A stretch of DNA of 64,000 nt. Origin: Takakia lepidozioides. Lineage: Eukaryota; Plantae; Bryophyta. A program made the position numbers and the translations under genes. The stretch is taken from the NCBI GenBank assembly GCA_030704615.1, contig CM060734.1:3038001-3102000 (forward strand), read 5' to 3'. This document shows positions 35,361 through 48,879 of this stretch, one piece after another (position 1 is the stretch's first letter; each line of letters starts with the position of its first letter). Below the pieces are notes generated by a model that saw only the letters and a program-made list of their open reading frames with translations, ran no database searches and was not told the DNA's origin.

Positions 35361-35850
35361 ACTTACACCAACCAAATTTGTTTTTCTTATGAGAAGCAAA
35401 AGTCTTTCAAGGAGGCTCTGGTATTGCTTATAGCAAAAGGTTATTTCCCCTTGTCGAGTGTAGAGAATCTATGGGTTATGTTCTACGCCGAGACCCACGT
35501 TGTGTCTTTTCTTCTCGGAGAATGCTCACGGAAGAGATTTTGCCCACAATGGTTGAAGCTACTGTTGAGAGACATGTACGACCATACTTGGTTGAGTGTG
35601 TTACTGTCACTGCCACTTTCGACTTATGGATGAGCAAAGGGGCACAAGACACATTTGCCCTAGTAGTCGATTTTTGACATCAGATTGGGAGCCAAAGCAT
35701 ATTACACTGGGGCTTTTTGAAGCCAGTGATACAAGTGGAGCTAGTTTAGCGAGGCAGCTGAGATCCTTACTTGTGAGGTTTGGACTGACCACAAAAAATT
35801 TATGTTACGTTAAAGATGAAGGCACCAATCTGTCCACTATGACTCAAGCT
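35360..35850 (+). pseudogene. hAT transposase fragment, frameshifted
   Basis: YFPLSSVEN...TATFDLWMS...DWEPKHITLG...SGASLA...YVKDEGTN. Confidence 0.8.
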
Positions 35851-36421
35851 TCTTCCCTCAGGCAGCGTAAGCTAGCTTGGAACCTTCTCACCGGGCCGGG
35901 GGGGGGGGGGGGGGGGGTGGTCGGAGCTCCGCCCTCCCAACTTTGTCTCTCGCTACATTTAGTCATGACTAATTCTTTAGGGTTCCGCTATACTCTCACC
36001 CTACTGTCTGTTTTATGCCGCCTTCTTTGGTGCTCCCGCTACTTTAGCCCTCTCTAAGTTTATCTCTAGTCACCGCCATGGCCAAGTCACGTGCTCGCTA
36101 CGCTACTACGCAGCGCTGTTGCTCTGCTAAGGATAGTTGTTACTCTGCTCTATATTACCTGACTCTTGCGCTTCTTTTAAGCTATGCATTGCTAGATTCT
36201 GTGAAGCTTTTCACCCCCAAGCTCAATACTGCCACTCCCGAGATCTCTGCCTATGACGATGACCCGATGTGCGGGTGGAAGTTTTTCCACCCACCCCCTC
36301 TGTATCAGGACAGGATCTACACTTCTTTGCGCACTCGAGCTCCTACGCATCAAATACATTGGCTTACTACGAAGGTTGGAGCTACTAAGTCCCAGTCCGA
36401 GCTGTTCCGAGAGCTCCCAGT

Positions 36422-39000
36422 ATGCTACAATGGTGCTGCCGGCACCTTTACGAGTTTCGTTCTCCCCACCCCGTATTCATTATGTATCTTCTACGATTTT
36501 GTGGAACGAAGTGCGGGACACTATTGGTTATCCTAGAACTATGCAGGGTGCCCATTCTCCCGTCTGCAGACTATCAGCGTCTACGGTGGGCTATACAAAA
36601 ACCCACTTGCTTGAAGATCTCTTCGCACGATGCTTTCTACATGTTTTGGAGACCTTGCACTACACCATGTTCGATCTCCATCTGGAGCAGTACAAGCGAC
36701 ATCCCCCTGGTGTTTCCAATCGACTGTTTTATATGCCTGGCTGTACCGTGTTCCCAGCGAAAGAGGTCACAAAATGGACCAAGGTGTGCAACGTTAAATC
36801 GGCAGCTTATGAGTACACCGCAAGAGCCCTCACTTTGCCACGCAACCAGCCCCCAGAGCTCTTCAACAACAGATAACCACCGAGGACCTTATAAGTTTGG
36901 CGACGTTGCAGGGCAACTCATTGCCAGGCAGTGGCGGGGTGCTGAGCTTTTCTGGCAACGCAACCCATCAGGGCAATTTTATTTCAAGCTGGCCCCTTCT
37001 GGCTTCAAGGCATTCCATGGGACGATTCTCCCCCAAGGTCGCCTCCTTACTCAGTACCTCAGTTGTGATTCCCAGGCTGATGGATTGAATGCTAAGTCCA
37101 ACACGCAGTTTAGTGTTGTTTCACGAGCGGTATCTGGCGGATCTGGCGGAGTGATCCCCAACCCTGCACGCCGCAGATCTGGCATGAATGAGCACAATCT
37201 CGCAGGGGAAGGCTCCTGGAGAAACGAGCCTGGGCAGATAGGCATGGTGGCTTGCCATGCTGGTGTTTTGAACAGCAATATGAGTGGTGTTAGTGACATC
37301 ATAATCTGCCTCCACCCCCACAAACAACTTCAGTACAAGTACGACAACAACAGGCAAGAAGGGGCAGTGATGGAACGGTACGAAGCACACCCCGCTCGAC
37401 CCAGAATCCGGGCCAGCGTATTTCGTTACCCGGCTGCTGTACCATACGATGGCAAATTTCTCGGCAGACTCCCCAAAGGGCGCTGGTATAATTCTCCTAA
37501 CCCCCAACATGGCCTGCCACCTGCTTTCAAAGAATCACTTATTTGGGGCATGTTCCCAGCCATCTATGAGCAATTGCAACAGGAAGGTGTGAGACCAGAC
37601 AGGATCACGTTCATTCATGTTCTCAATGCGTGTGCCAGTCTTGGTGCCCTGGGAATGGGCAAAGAGGTCCACGCTGATATCATCAAAGCTGGAATCCCAT
37701 CATATATGAATCTGGAAAATACCCTTGTTGATGTGTATGCCAAATGCCGGGGCATGAAGGAAGCACGCGTACTGTTCAACAATATGAATCAACAAGATTT
37801 GGTCTCATGGAGCACGGCCATTGCAGGATGTGCCCAGCATGGTGGTGGTAGGGAAGCTTTTGATATGTACGTACAAATGCAATGGGAAGGGGTGCAGCCC
37901 AACAATGTAACACCCATGTGCGTTCTCGGTACATGTGCCACTCTTGCAGCTCTGAGAAAGGACAAAGGTGTCCATGCTGATATCATCAAAGCTGGAATCT
38001 CACCTGATATCACTCTGAAGACTGCCCTTGCTGATATGTATGCCATGGCTCACCAGTTCCACCTGGAGGCTCAACTTTTTGTCATTGATTCTCATTATGC
38101 CTATGGCCTTCTAAGCAAAGATATTCTCGTTGAATTACCCCTGCCTCCACAGCAGAAGCAGCAGGCCAGGCTGACTGGCCATGTCAAAGCTAGAATTGTT
38201 ACAGATGTCGTGGAGACCTATGATCAAATGATGGGGGAAGGGGTGAAGCCCAACCACATCACGTTTGTCTACATTTGCAATGCTTGTGCAAGCCTGACAG
38301 CCCTGGAAAAGCGCAAAGATGTGCATGTTGACATCATCAAAGCTGGAGTTGTACCAAATGTCATTCTGAACACTGCCCTGGCAGCTCTGGACAAGGGCAA
38401 AGAGGTCCAAGGTGACATCGTCAGAGCTGGAATTGTACCAACTGTTATTCTGAATTATCCCCTGGTGATCATGTATGCAAAATGTGGGTGCATCGAGGAG
38501 GAAGGAGGGTTTGACACTATGGCTGAACGAGATGTGGTGTCGTGGAATGCGATGCTTGCAGGGCATGCGCATTAGGGACGTGGTATGGAGGCTTTGGAGC
38601 CCTATGATCAAATGATTGGGGAAGGGTGAGACCCGACCACACCACGTTTGTGTGCATTTGTAGTGCGTGTGCAAGCAATATGGCAGCTCTGGAAAAGGGT
38701 AAAGAGGTCCATGGCGACATTATCAGAGCTGAAATTGCACCAAATGTCATTTTGAACAATACCCAGCTGAATCAGAGTACAGGTGGTTGGATGAACAGTT
38801 TCAATGTCTCAGGTGTTCCTATCTCCAGCCTCAAATTTGTAAATAAGTTGCCAGGTATGTACATGTTCTCTGAGGTATCAGGCAAGAAGTTTCAGGAGGT
38901 TGGATGGCCATGTCAAAGCTGGAATTGCTACAGATGTCGTCCTTGAGACTGCCCTTGCAGATGTATGCCAACTGTGCGAGCATGAACGATGCACGTCAAG
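36422..39000 (+). pseudogene. Degenerate PLS-class PPR gene; ORF 36422-38575 joins an unknown N-terminal part to PPR motifs from ~37550
   Basis: EGVRPDRITFIHVLNACASLGALGMGKEVHADII...LVDVYAKC...DLVSWSTAIAG; internal deletions, stops at 38575 and ~38629. Confidence 0.75.
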
Positions 39001-39869
39001 CTGCAGCTGCCAACACTATCACCCCAGTGCTCCAGCATAGACAGCTGAGGAGACTCCACCCCCACTCCCCCAGATGCAATACTGTTGTAAGTGGCTGTAT
39101 TCATTCCAAGCACAAGGCAAGCCTTTTTGCCTCCTCCCATTTTGGCGTCAACCCTCTCCACCTTGATCTCAAACTTCGGCATACCCCATCAGGGACGCAT
39201 GTCAAGTGCTTCAGGAAACATGACGTGATTGCAGCCATCAGTAACTTCCTGCTGCAAAGGCTCCATAGCACAGCTCATGCGAGAAACCAGTTTCAGTATT
39301 TTTGCTCTATGAAGAGCCCTGCTGTCGCTGCAAACAGCGCTCTGTCTTATGTTTGGGACTTCAAAAGCTACGAGCGACTCTCTCTTCCAAGCAGCATTGC
39401 CCTGAGGACGGCGCCACCCCGAACTGCTGGCCTCTCAACCTTCCCAGCTCGCCCACCACTCGCATGTCTTCCCGCTGGATCATCGTCCCTGCCCGTGCCT
39501 TAATGCACCCTCAGCACCAGCACAACAGCATCAGGAAGGCAGCTGCCAGTAAAAACACTCCGGAGCCTTGGCAGTGGCAGCAGTGGCAGCTCCACCTTCG
39601 TCCCCAATCATCTCAATGTCCCTTTACTCTCAGGGAGCACACTCACCCCTCTCCCCAGTCTTGGCTACTCCCCTCCTCCTTGATAAAAATACTTCGCATT
39701 GCATACAATGTATTGTCATTACTCTCTGATGTACAGTAGTTATGTCCCAAATGGCCTCCCAAATTCAAGTGGCAACTCACTGTCCAGCAGGATCAGCCAC
39801 ACAAACTCCAAAGGCACTCCGTTGCTCAAGACCAGCAATCTCATCAGACTTCCCCACGTCAACCGCCAC

Positions 39870-40850
39870 CCATGGTAACACAATTTACTTATCCAGGTAC
39901 AAGACCTCTCAATTTATATGTGCCTGAGCTTAGTCTCAGCACAGGTCACCAACTCGACTTATCTATTTCTCCCTTACTAGTGCTGCCTTACTGTACCCCG
40001 CTCCAGAATGTAGCCCCCCATATTTGCTCCGCACTGACTGTACACCGATCTAACCCTCATCTCTGTTTTACAGGCTCTCTCCCAAACACGGACTATCAAA
40101 CATCTCCGTCCTCCTCTCAACAAGCAATGTGGACAAAGTGGCCATCTCTCGTTCTTTCAATTTCAAGCATGCACTACTCTCCTCAAACAATTTTACACAA
40201 ATACTTTTACTCCATGATCTACTCCATGACTATCACCATTATCATGACAATTACCATGATATTTACCATGACAGTTACCATTATCACGTCGCTACTCACC
40301 ACATGGTAAATACTTATCTCTCATTTTCTACTCACTTCATCTCACACATATCATCATATCACAGAGTATGGGTCAAGAAAATAACACTATTTGTTCATTC
40401 TCGTCACCTCATCCCCAAATTCCTATTTGGCGCGGACCCCCTCATATCGTCAGGCACTCCCCGGCACCCCTACTCTCCTTTGTGCTGCCCAACCCCCCCT
40501 CCCGACATAACCCACCGCAGGCGCTATTACGTTCCCACCCCCAACCTCCCCCACCGCATTAACCTAAATACAATTAACCCACCCTTACATACGCCAGTAA
40601 CTAGCTCCACCCATACCCATTACGATGCCGCAAAAATCACCCCCCATATATTCTCATATACTGCTCACCCCCCAAATCTCCCTATCCCTCGACCACTCAA
40701 AAGACACCTCCTAACCCACTGTCCACATGATACCACTGCCGATTACCTGCATCCAAACACTCCTACCATCACCCACCGTCTCACCACAAGACCTACCAAC
40801 TAGCATGCGCATAGATTATGCATCTACGCTGCGGGGACATCCACCCCAAC
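39870..40850 (+). mobile_element. Probable decayed C-rich LINE remnant
   Basis: Composition similar to 57300-59140; no clear motif. Confidence 0.3.
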
Positions 40851-41139
40851 CCGCGCACTACAGCAATGGGGGGGTTTAGCGACGCCCGACCGACCTTCTT
40901 GAGGTCGTTAAGGGGGTCTAAAGCCGCCGCGGCCAAGTCCCAAATACCGACCCCTGAGGCGTCGCTAAAAAGGCGTCGGTAAATCGGGCAGTTAAGACCG
41001 ACCCCCAGGGGGTCGCCGAATTGCCCCGACACCAGGCCCCTCTAACCAACCCGTTGTCCGACGCTGTGGAGCTTTGCCCGTGCGACCCCAAGGGGGTCGC
41101 ATTGCTACTTTTGAAAAAAAAAAAAAAAAAAAAAACAGT

Positions 41140-41890
41140 TAAAAGGTTCGGAATACCGACCGACCCCACGGGGGTCGGACTTACCTAGCGACGGATATGG
41201 TGGTTCCGGGGGTATAGCCATGCTGCGACCCCAAGGGGGTCGGAGTAAGCTATCGGCGGCGGGAGGTGAGGCGCCCCCCCAGACGTCGTATTTACGTAGC
41301 GACGGGTCTGGCGGGTAGGCATATGTATCGCCACTGTGCGACCCCAAAGCCGTCGTAGGTACCTAGCGACGGGTATGGCGGGGGTAGCGGGTATCGCACT
41401 ATGCGACCCCTCGGAGGTTGGTAATACGTAGCGACGGGTATGGCGGGGGCCGTTGTATCGCGACTGTGCGACCCCCAGGGGGTCGGAGTTACGTAGCGAC
41501 AGGTATGGCGAGGGTCGTGGTATCGCCACTGTGCGACCCCCGGGGGGTCGGAGTTACGTAGCGACAGGTTTGGCGGGGGTCGTGGTATCCCCATTGTGCG
41601 ACCCCAGGGGGTTGAAGTTACGTAGCGACGGTATGGATGGGCCGAGGTTTCGCTAGTAGCGACCCCTATGGAGTCGATTCACGGGCAGTTATTGGGGAGG
41701 AGAAAGCGACCACCAGGGGGTCGGTGGACGGATTTGCTTGTGTTAATCCTAGACCGACCCCCAGGGGGTCGGTGCTTATGAGCGACGCGCAGGACACACC
41801 CTAAAGAGACCCATGGGGGGTCGGTATTTCCAGGCGACGGGAAGGGGCATGCTTGGGTGAATCCTAAAGCGACCCTAGGGGGTCGCCCCT
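41140..41890. repeat. Subterminal array of ~60-bp units each with a GACCCC-n-GGGGTC palindrome
   Basis: tgcgacccccagggggtcggagttacgtagcgac repeated. Confidence 0.85.
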
Positions 41891-42157
41891 CAAATGATGT
41901 TTTCATCTTGTTTTATTTATTTGCTTTATATTACCCCCGCACATTGGCCGGTTGCCTTGTAAATTGTAGTACCTTTCTTGGGGCCGAGAACCTTCCTAGA
42001 GCCTCTTTGTAGGTGTAACCTATATGTCCACAACAAAGCAAACCCGCGAGAGACATCGCGAATTAGACGACAAGCAACTGCTGCTAGAAATAATCAATAA
42101 AACATAACAAGGCTCCTATCATGTACAAGCATTATATAATATGCATCTTCTATAGTA

Positions 42158-44420
42158 CTAAATACCCTCATGGACTTCGAGGTCCTCGAGGGTCAATATA
42201 TCATCCTGCGAACCATCATCATCACCCCGATCACTCTCATCCTCATCCTCATCCTCGCTAGTCTGGCCCTCATCCTCGACATCGGTCACCCTATGGTCAG
42301 TAGTGCTACTAGTAATACTTCGCTTTTTTGTACTCTTTGCGGAGAGGGCCCTATGGGTCTTGATGCGCAAAGCACGGGGTATCCTTCATTCTTGACAAAT
42401 TCTACCTCCTCCACGCTTGGGTGTCTCCCAAACCAGCTACGATGCTACACAATCACAAACAACCTTAATTAGTTTATGCAAGATATACCAAAGAGAAGTA
42501 AAGCTAATGTAGTGGTTGGTTGTTTAGGAGTCATGGGACATTCTCATTGCCGAGGAGGCTGATGCCAAGAAGAAGGCTCAATTTGCTAGGGGTCGTGAGG
42601 CGGCCATGTTACGCAAAGAGAAAGGGCTAGATACCTGCACCCACAAGTTTGGTCCGGGAGGGCACAAGTCATTTGCGACCCGATTTGTAAGCATTTCATG
42701 GATGCATTCACTTTAATGTGTTGCTTTGTCTACATATGGCTATCAAATTGAAGCCTGCATGCATCATTAACATCTTGCACATGTCCAAAATACAATGAAT
42801 GAAATAGGAAGGAAGATGTGGAGTTCATACCTCACTGATATTTGATGGCCTAATGGCTTTGACACCGTTCTTCGCTGCTTGCCGGATCTCCTTCCTTGCA
42901 CGATATTGCCTATCCTTCAGGTTCTTTCCAATCAACCCCATCAAGCGGGACTCACTCCAACCACCCCCAAACTTCTTTTCCAATTCGGCTACAAATCCCC
43001 TACGGTGCTCCCATGGTTGTTGATCCCAATCTACATGTAAAGAGAACCATCGGGCCGCTTTTGGAAAGGCATGCCTCCTCAACGCTTCCCAAAACTCTCC
43101 AACTGGATACCCATACTTGTTGGCCTCTAGAGGTGGGACCTTCTTAGGCACCTCTAGCCCTCCCTTCTTCCCTCTCTTCCCGCGCTTACGAGGCTCTCCT
43201 TCTACTGAACCCTCTCCAATATCTCCCTTCCCACTACCCTCCCCCAACTCTCCGACTGTGAGAGGGGTATCCTCAATGCAAGGCTTCTTCTTCTTCTTGC
43301 TAAGGGGCTTTTCCACTATCTTTGTTTTCCCTCTCCCCACAACAGCCTCAACTTCCTCCATTTCTCTCTCTCTACGTCTCTCTCCGGCTCCCTCGGCAAT
43401 GACCAGAGGTCTCTCAAGGGCATGTGGCACCGGGTCCACAAATGGAGCCTGCAATTACAATGGGTTTTGTGAGGCCCTTGGCCAATCTCTGCAAGTCAGG
43501 TACACAAACCAAATAAAAACAACAAAAACAAAAAGAATGCAGTAGGAAATACAACAAAATGGCGAGAGAGATACTGGCCTCATGATGCTCCGAGGCGATT
43601 GTATCCCTGGGCCTGAGCGCGGGCATCTCAGGTACCTCGAGTTCAGGTGCCAAAAGTTGTCCCATTGATGGCAATGGAACCCCCATTGCCGCCAAAGATG
43701 CCATGATTGTGCTTGCTCTTCAGGAGAGGCTTGACCCCAACTGCCACTAGCTAGAGTCACAGCAGCGAGCTGGCCAAATGCGAGGCCCTTCCTGGCCGAG
43801 GACTGGCCACCAATGGAGGTATCATGGACATGAGCGGGAGAGGCGCCTTGGGTACCATGAGATGCATCATGCCATGAAGAACTCCCCAATCTTTTAACAA
43901 GAGCATCATTTGGGCCAAGTGGCCTAGCTACCTCCCCACGTATGGGACCCCTTTCCACCCTCTCTCTCTCTTGTGCATTGATCAGCAAATCCCGTTGACA
44001 TGTCATAACCCTCCTAACCTCGGTGGTTGGAGAAGCACCGGGAGCAATGTCCAATTGGCCCATCCTAGGACCATCTTGAAAAATCTTTATATTACCCATA
44101 TATAATGCTTCTAACGAAGGAGAGAGGGTAGCGCTAGATACTGCAGGCCCAATGGTGGACTCATCAATAGTACCAGTAGTATCCGGCACAAGAGCCACTT
44201 CAACTACAACACCTTGGCCCAAGAGGGGGGCATCATCATCAACACGGTGCTCGGGGGGGCCACTGGTACTCTCGGGCTCATGAAATGAAGGAGCAAGCAC
44301 AGGAGGAGGGGAAGGCCGGGGGGTCAAACCAGATTTCTTTCATGTACTTGAGCGATACGGGTTTGCTTCTGGTTTTTTCCTTTTCTTTGCAGCAAGGGTC
44401 TTCTCCGAATCCTTAGCCAT
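42158..44420 (-). pseudogene. Spliced TnpA-like (Ptta/En/Spm) gene with one exon inverted
   Basis: ...IRPSNISE|ESWDILI...HKFGPGGHKSFATRF|HRSWFGRHPSVEEVEF; middle exon 42528-42686 lies on plus. Confidence 0.65.
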
Positions 44421-44699
44421 GTCTGAAATGAACTACAACATATGAATTCAAAGAAAATATCCTAAAAAGCATAATGAAGACTGTAGAGTATTACATAGAT
44501 TTTTATAGAGCAAAAAAGAATTATACACTGGAAAAGACACTACAATATATCAACATCAAATAAACCAATAAATAATTAAAAAACTACACCAAATACAGAC
44601 CATGGGACATACAAGTAGAAATACAAAAAGTAGGAAAACACAATAATGTAGCCGTTAGTGACGAGTCTTCTCTCACGAGCCCTGAATCATAAAACACAG

Positions 44700-46400
44700 A
44701 GGCAAAGGCAGGGAGTACCAGACCCGAGCAAGAAGACGGTAGCTGCCAGCGTCCGTGGGGCAAGACACGGAGGTCAGTCGCTGTGCACACCACCGCGGCC
44801 AGCTCCCCATTCCTGCGAATGTGATCAGAGACAGATGGAGAGGGTGTCTGCATTACCCAAAATCGAAATAAAAAAGCCCATGTGGGCTGGGGTGCCTGCG
44901 CGCACCAGCGCGGCCAGCCCCCTGTTGCTGGGAATTGCTTGACAGAGATGGTGAGGGAGAGAGAGAGAGGGTGTCTGCATCACCAAAAATAACTAAAAAA
45001 AAAAGCCCATGTGGGCTGGGCTGCCTACGCGCACCAGCGCGGCCAGCCCCCCGTTGTTGCGAATTTCTTGATAGAGATGGTGAGGGAGAGAGAGAGGGTG
45101 CCTGCATCACCGAAAATAACTTAAAAAAAAAGCCCATGTGGGCTGGGGTGCCTGCGCACACCAGCACGGCCAGCCCCCCGTTGCTGCGAATTGCTTGACG
45201 GAGATGGTGAGGGAGAGAGAGAGGGTACCTGCATCACCGATCAAAACTAAAAAAAAACCCCCATGTGCGCTGGGGTGCCTGCGCGCACCAGTGCGGCCAA
45301 GCCCCCCCCTTGCTGCGAATTGCTTGACAGAGATGGTGAGGGGGAGAGAGAGAGTACCTGCATCACCCAAAATCGGGGAAAAAAAAAATGCTATGTGGGC
45401 TGGGGTGGCTGTGAATTCCCCCCCCCCCCCCCCTTGCTGCGAATTGCTGCACAGAGGTGGTGAGGGAGAGAGAGAGGGTGTCTGCATCACCCAAAATCCA
45501 AAAAAAAAAAAACCATGTGGGCTGGGGTGGCTGCGAATTGCCCCCCCCCCCTCTCGGCGTTGCTGCACATAGGTGGTGAGGGAGAGAGAGAGGGTGCTTG
45601 CATCACCCAAAATAAAATAAAATAAAATAAAAACCCATGTGGGCTGGGGTGCCTGTGCACACCAGCGCGGCTAGCCCCCCCGTTGCTGCGAATTGTTGCA
45701 TAGAGGTGGTGAGGGAGAGAGAGAGGGTGCCTGCATCACCCAAAATCCAAGAATAAATAAAACCCATGTGGGCTGGGGTGGCTGCGAATTGCCCCCCCTC
45801 CCGTTGCTGCGAATTGCTGCACAGAGGTGGTGAGGGAGAGAGAGAGAGAGAGGGTGCCTGTATCACCCAAAATAAATAAATAAATAAATAAAACGTGTGG
45901 GCTGCGGTGTCTGCGTGCACCAGCGCGGCCAGCCCCCCTGTTGCTGCACAGAGGTGGTGAGGGAGAGAGAGAGGGTGCCTGCATGACCCAAAAATTATTT
46001 AAATTAAAAAAAACAAAAAACAAAAAAAAAAACATGTGGGTTGCGATGCCTGCGCGCACTAGCGCAGCCCCCCCCCCCCCCTTGCTGCGAATTGCTGCAT
46101 AGAGGTGGTGAGGGAGAGAGAGAGGGTGCCTGCATCATCCAAAATAAAATAAAATAAAGCCCATGTGGGCTGGGGTGCCTGCGCGCACGTGGCCAGCCCT
46201 CCGTTGCTGCGAATTGCTTGACAGAGAGCATGCGTGATAGAGAGGGTGTCTGCCATCACCCAAATTTAAAAAAAAATAAAGCCCAAGTGGGCTGGTGTGG
46301 CTGCGCGCACCAATGCGGCCAGCTCCCCGTTGCTGCGAATCGCTTGACAGAGAGGTAGTGTGAGAGAATGAGAGGGTGCCATTACCCAAATTCGAAAACC
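44700..46400 (+). repeat. Tandem array of ~115-125-bp units, about 13 copies
   Basis: gagggagagagagagggtgcctgcatcacccaaa...cccatgtgggctggggtg...gttgctgcgaattgc repeated. Confidence 0.9.
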
Positions 46401-47399
46401 TAACCAAGCTCGGGTGGGGTGGCTGTAGGGTGCCTGCCGGGGAAGGACAGCCGGGGGTGAGCGAGCCAAGCTCGGGTTACCTACCCTGCAGCACATACAC
46501 ACACAGGCGAGTTAACAAACCGACAGAGGTGGGGGAGCTGGAATCGGCGAGCTCGCCTTGCGAGGAAAAGAAAGACAGAGGGGACGGTTTGAAGGTGCAA
46601 GGAAAGCAAGGTAAATGATAGAGAAGGGATCCCTAGCTCACCTCTGGAAGACGCACGGCCGAGGGCGAACAACTCAACATCCGAGCTTGGGAGATTCACA
46701 GCCGCGGCAAAAAGCAAGTGGCGCACAAAGCGCGCCTTCCTCTGAGCTCCCCCACGACAAGGTGACCTCCGCACCTCCCACCCTCTTGTTCAAGTTCTAC
46801 CTTGCAAGCTGAGTGAAGAGGAGAGGGAGAGGGAGCTGGGCCGTGAGAGAGAGAAAGAGGTCGCTTGACGATTTTGAATTTTTTTGAATTAACGACGGTA
46901 ATCAAACAAATCGAAATTAGTAAAAGGTTAATCCCGTCGCTGTGTAGCCTGGGGGTCGCTTTTAGTGCAGCTACATGCACCCATTTCCCATCGCTTTCTA
47001 TTAGCGACCCCCTGGAGGTCGCTTCTGGGGACTTAGAAGTTTTAGAGCCGGATATTGCTAGCTGGTAGTGTGGGCACCCATTTCCTATCGCTTTCTAGAA
47101 GCGACCCCCTGGAGGTCGCTTTCTGGGACTTGGTGGTTTTAGTACTGCCGGATGTTGTGGGCACCCATTTCCCGTCGCATGGTACTTGCAACCCCCAGGT
47201 GGTCGCTTCTTGGGGGTTGGAGCTTTTTTGAAAGCATGATGTCCTGTTTCATAGAATTCATATATCAGTTGGATGTGCAATTTCAATAGTGAGGTTTTTG
47301 GATTTTTTTATGGATGATGGTATGCTCACGGGCTCGGCCAATCACGGAGGATGATTATTGAAATGTAGTTCCACCCGACGAGAACACCTCCAACAATGA

Positions 47400-48830
47400 T
47401 GTCCGCATGCTTGATGTACTTCCACCTCTTTCAAGACGCCGTCGACGTAGGGATGAGCGGTTGGCGGACGTACCTGGAGAGCCTCACGTGATTCATGCAC
47501 AAGGCCTCGAGCATCCCATTCCACGTCCCAGCTTGCCACCTCGAGGTCCTAGGCCTCTTAGTCCAGAGCCACGAGGCCCTGATCAAGCCACTTTGGACAA
47601 ACCCCCTCGGGTGGAGTGTTGGTGCGAGCGGTGTTGGGCACGAGTGGCACCTGGAGGTGTTCCCGTGATGCGGCAGGATCATATTGTGGATGAACACTAT
47701 CAGACATGGGGGATTGCCGATGCGGCAAGGGTGAGCCTTCTATAACCCATTGTTGTAACATTTTTTGTGCTAGTATATGAGGACGCACGTTTGTTGCAAG
47801 TACTCGGATGTTTAAAAATGACTTGTAATTGATACTGTAATGGAAGTTACTGTGGTTAAATATATGAGTAAACAACAAACTAATTGTATGAATTATATAT
47901 TACGTGCAGCCACGAGTTATTGCCCTCCAAGCGCGCAAAAACAGTACATCACAGATACGTGATGAGTTGGAGGTAGACCATCCATTGCCGGATGTCACTT
48001 TGTTTTTCCCTCAGGTTGACATAGATAGGGTCCGTGAGACGAGGGGCTTACCCTATGCCCTTCGATTATTTGGTCGCTGAGCGCGCAGCCGGCCACCACT
48101 TGCACCGACGCCTCCTCATGATGTCGATATTTCACGTCCATCACCAGTACGCTCTAGTTGTACTAGTCCAGCTCCACCTCCTCCACCTTCTGATCCTCAT
48201 CCATCTGTATCTCCTCCTCGTCCAGTTTCCACTAGTACACTGGCCCATGTAGAGCCACCTGCACCACCTCCACTTTGCACTAGTACTGCACCGGCCCATG
48301 GGTCACCTCTATCACATCCAGTTTGCACTAGTACAGCAGCCCACGAGTCACATCTACTTTTGAGTCCACCCCGTGCACAATCATCTCCCAGCTGCTCACC
48401 CGATCAGTCACATATCACTCCACCTCCTAGTTCTCATCACCAGTCACCCCAACAGCTGTCCCTTCCCAATCCCAGGCCCCCATAGGTGTCTCACGTGCAC
48501 GTCCCACCCAGACCCCTAGGAAGTGTAGGCCACCACTGGTACTTGAGGTACGACGGCCCGATGATCCTAGGGTTACTGACAAGGAGTATAGGACGATGTT
48601 GCAGACACCATTCAGGCCTAGCCTTTGGCGTGCACTGTGCCTCCGGTCCCCATTCCTCAAAGCCAACCATTTCAGTTTTGGGGTCGGCGATATTGTGTGA
48701 AAGCCGCCACCAACCCTTCCATGGGTCGTGGGCTATTTGCAATGGAGGATATTGTGGTTCCTCTAGGGAGAGGACAAATAGTGGACTTATTTCCCTACTT
48801 TGGCCCATACTACATGTGGTTGTCGATGGG
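47400..48830 (+). pseudogene. Truncated TE-associated gene: CxCxxC motif, Pro-rich linker, SET-domain-like N-terminal motif
   Basis: VECWCERCW; SMGRGLFAMEDIVV...VDLFPYFGPYY. Confidence 0.45.
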
Positions 48831-48879
48831 GAGGCAAATGATTTATTCGTCTGTTGTGTCTCCGCACATGTGTCGCACA

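Larger units (their letters stand above)
40856..47070 (-). mobile_element. CACTA/En-Spm-like element with TnpA-like gene
   Basis: CACTACAGCAAT at 40856; imperfect ATTGCTagctgGTAGTG at ~47054-47070; GCGACCCC/GGGGTCGC subterminal repeats at both ends; no clean 3-bp TSD. Confidence 0.65.

Noticed and set aside
41140-41660. CRISPR-like array of palindromic repeats
   Set aside because: The intervening sequences are repeated too, there are no cas genes, and the context is eukaryotic CACTA subterminal repeats
44853-46407. Many short ORFs on both strands
   Set aside because: Translations of the ~120-bp tandem array
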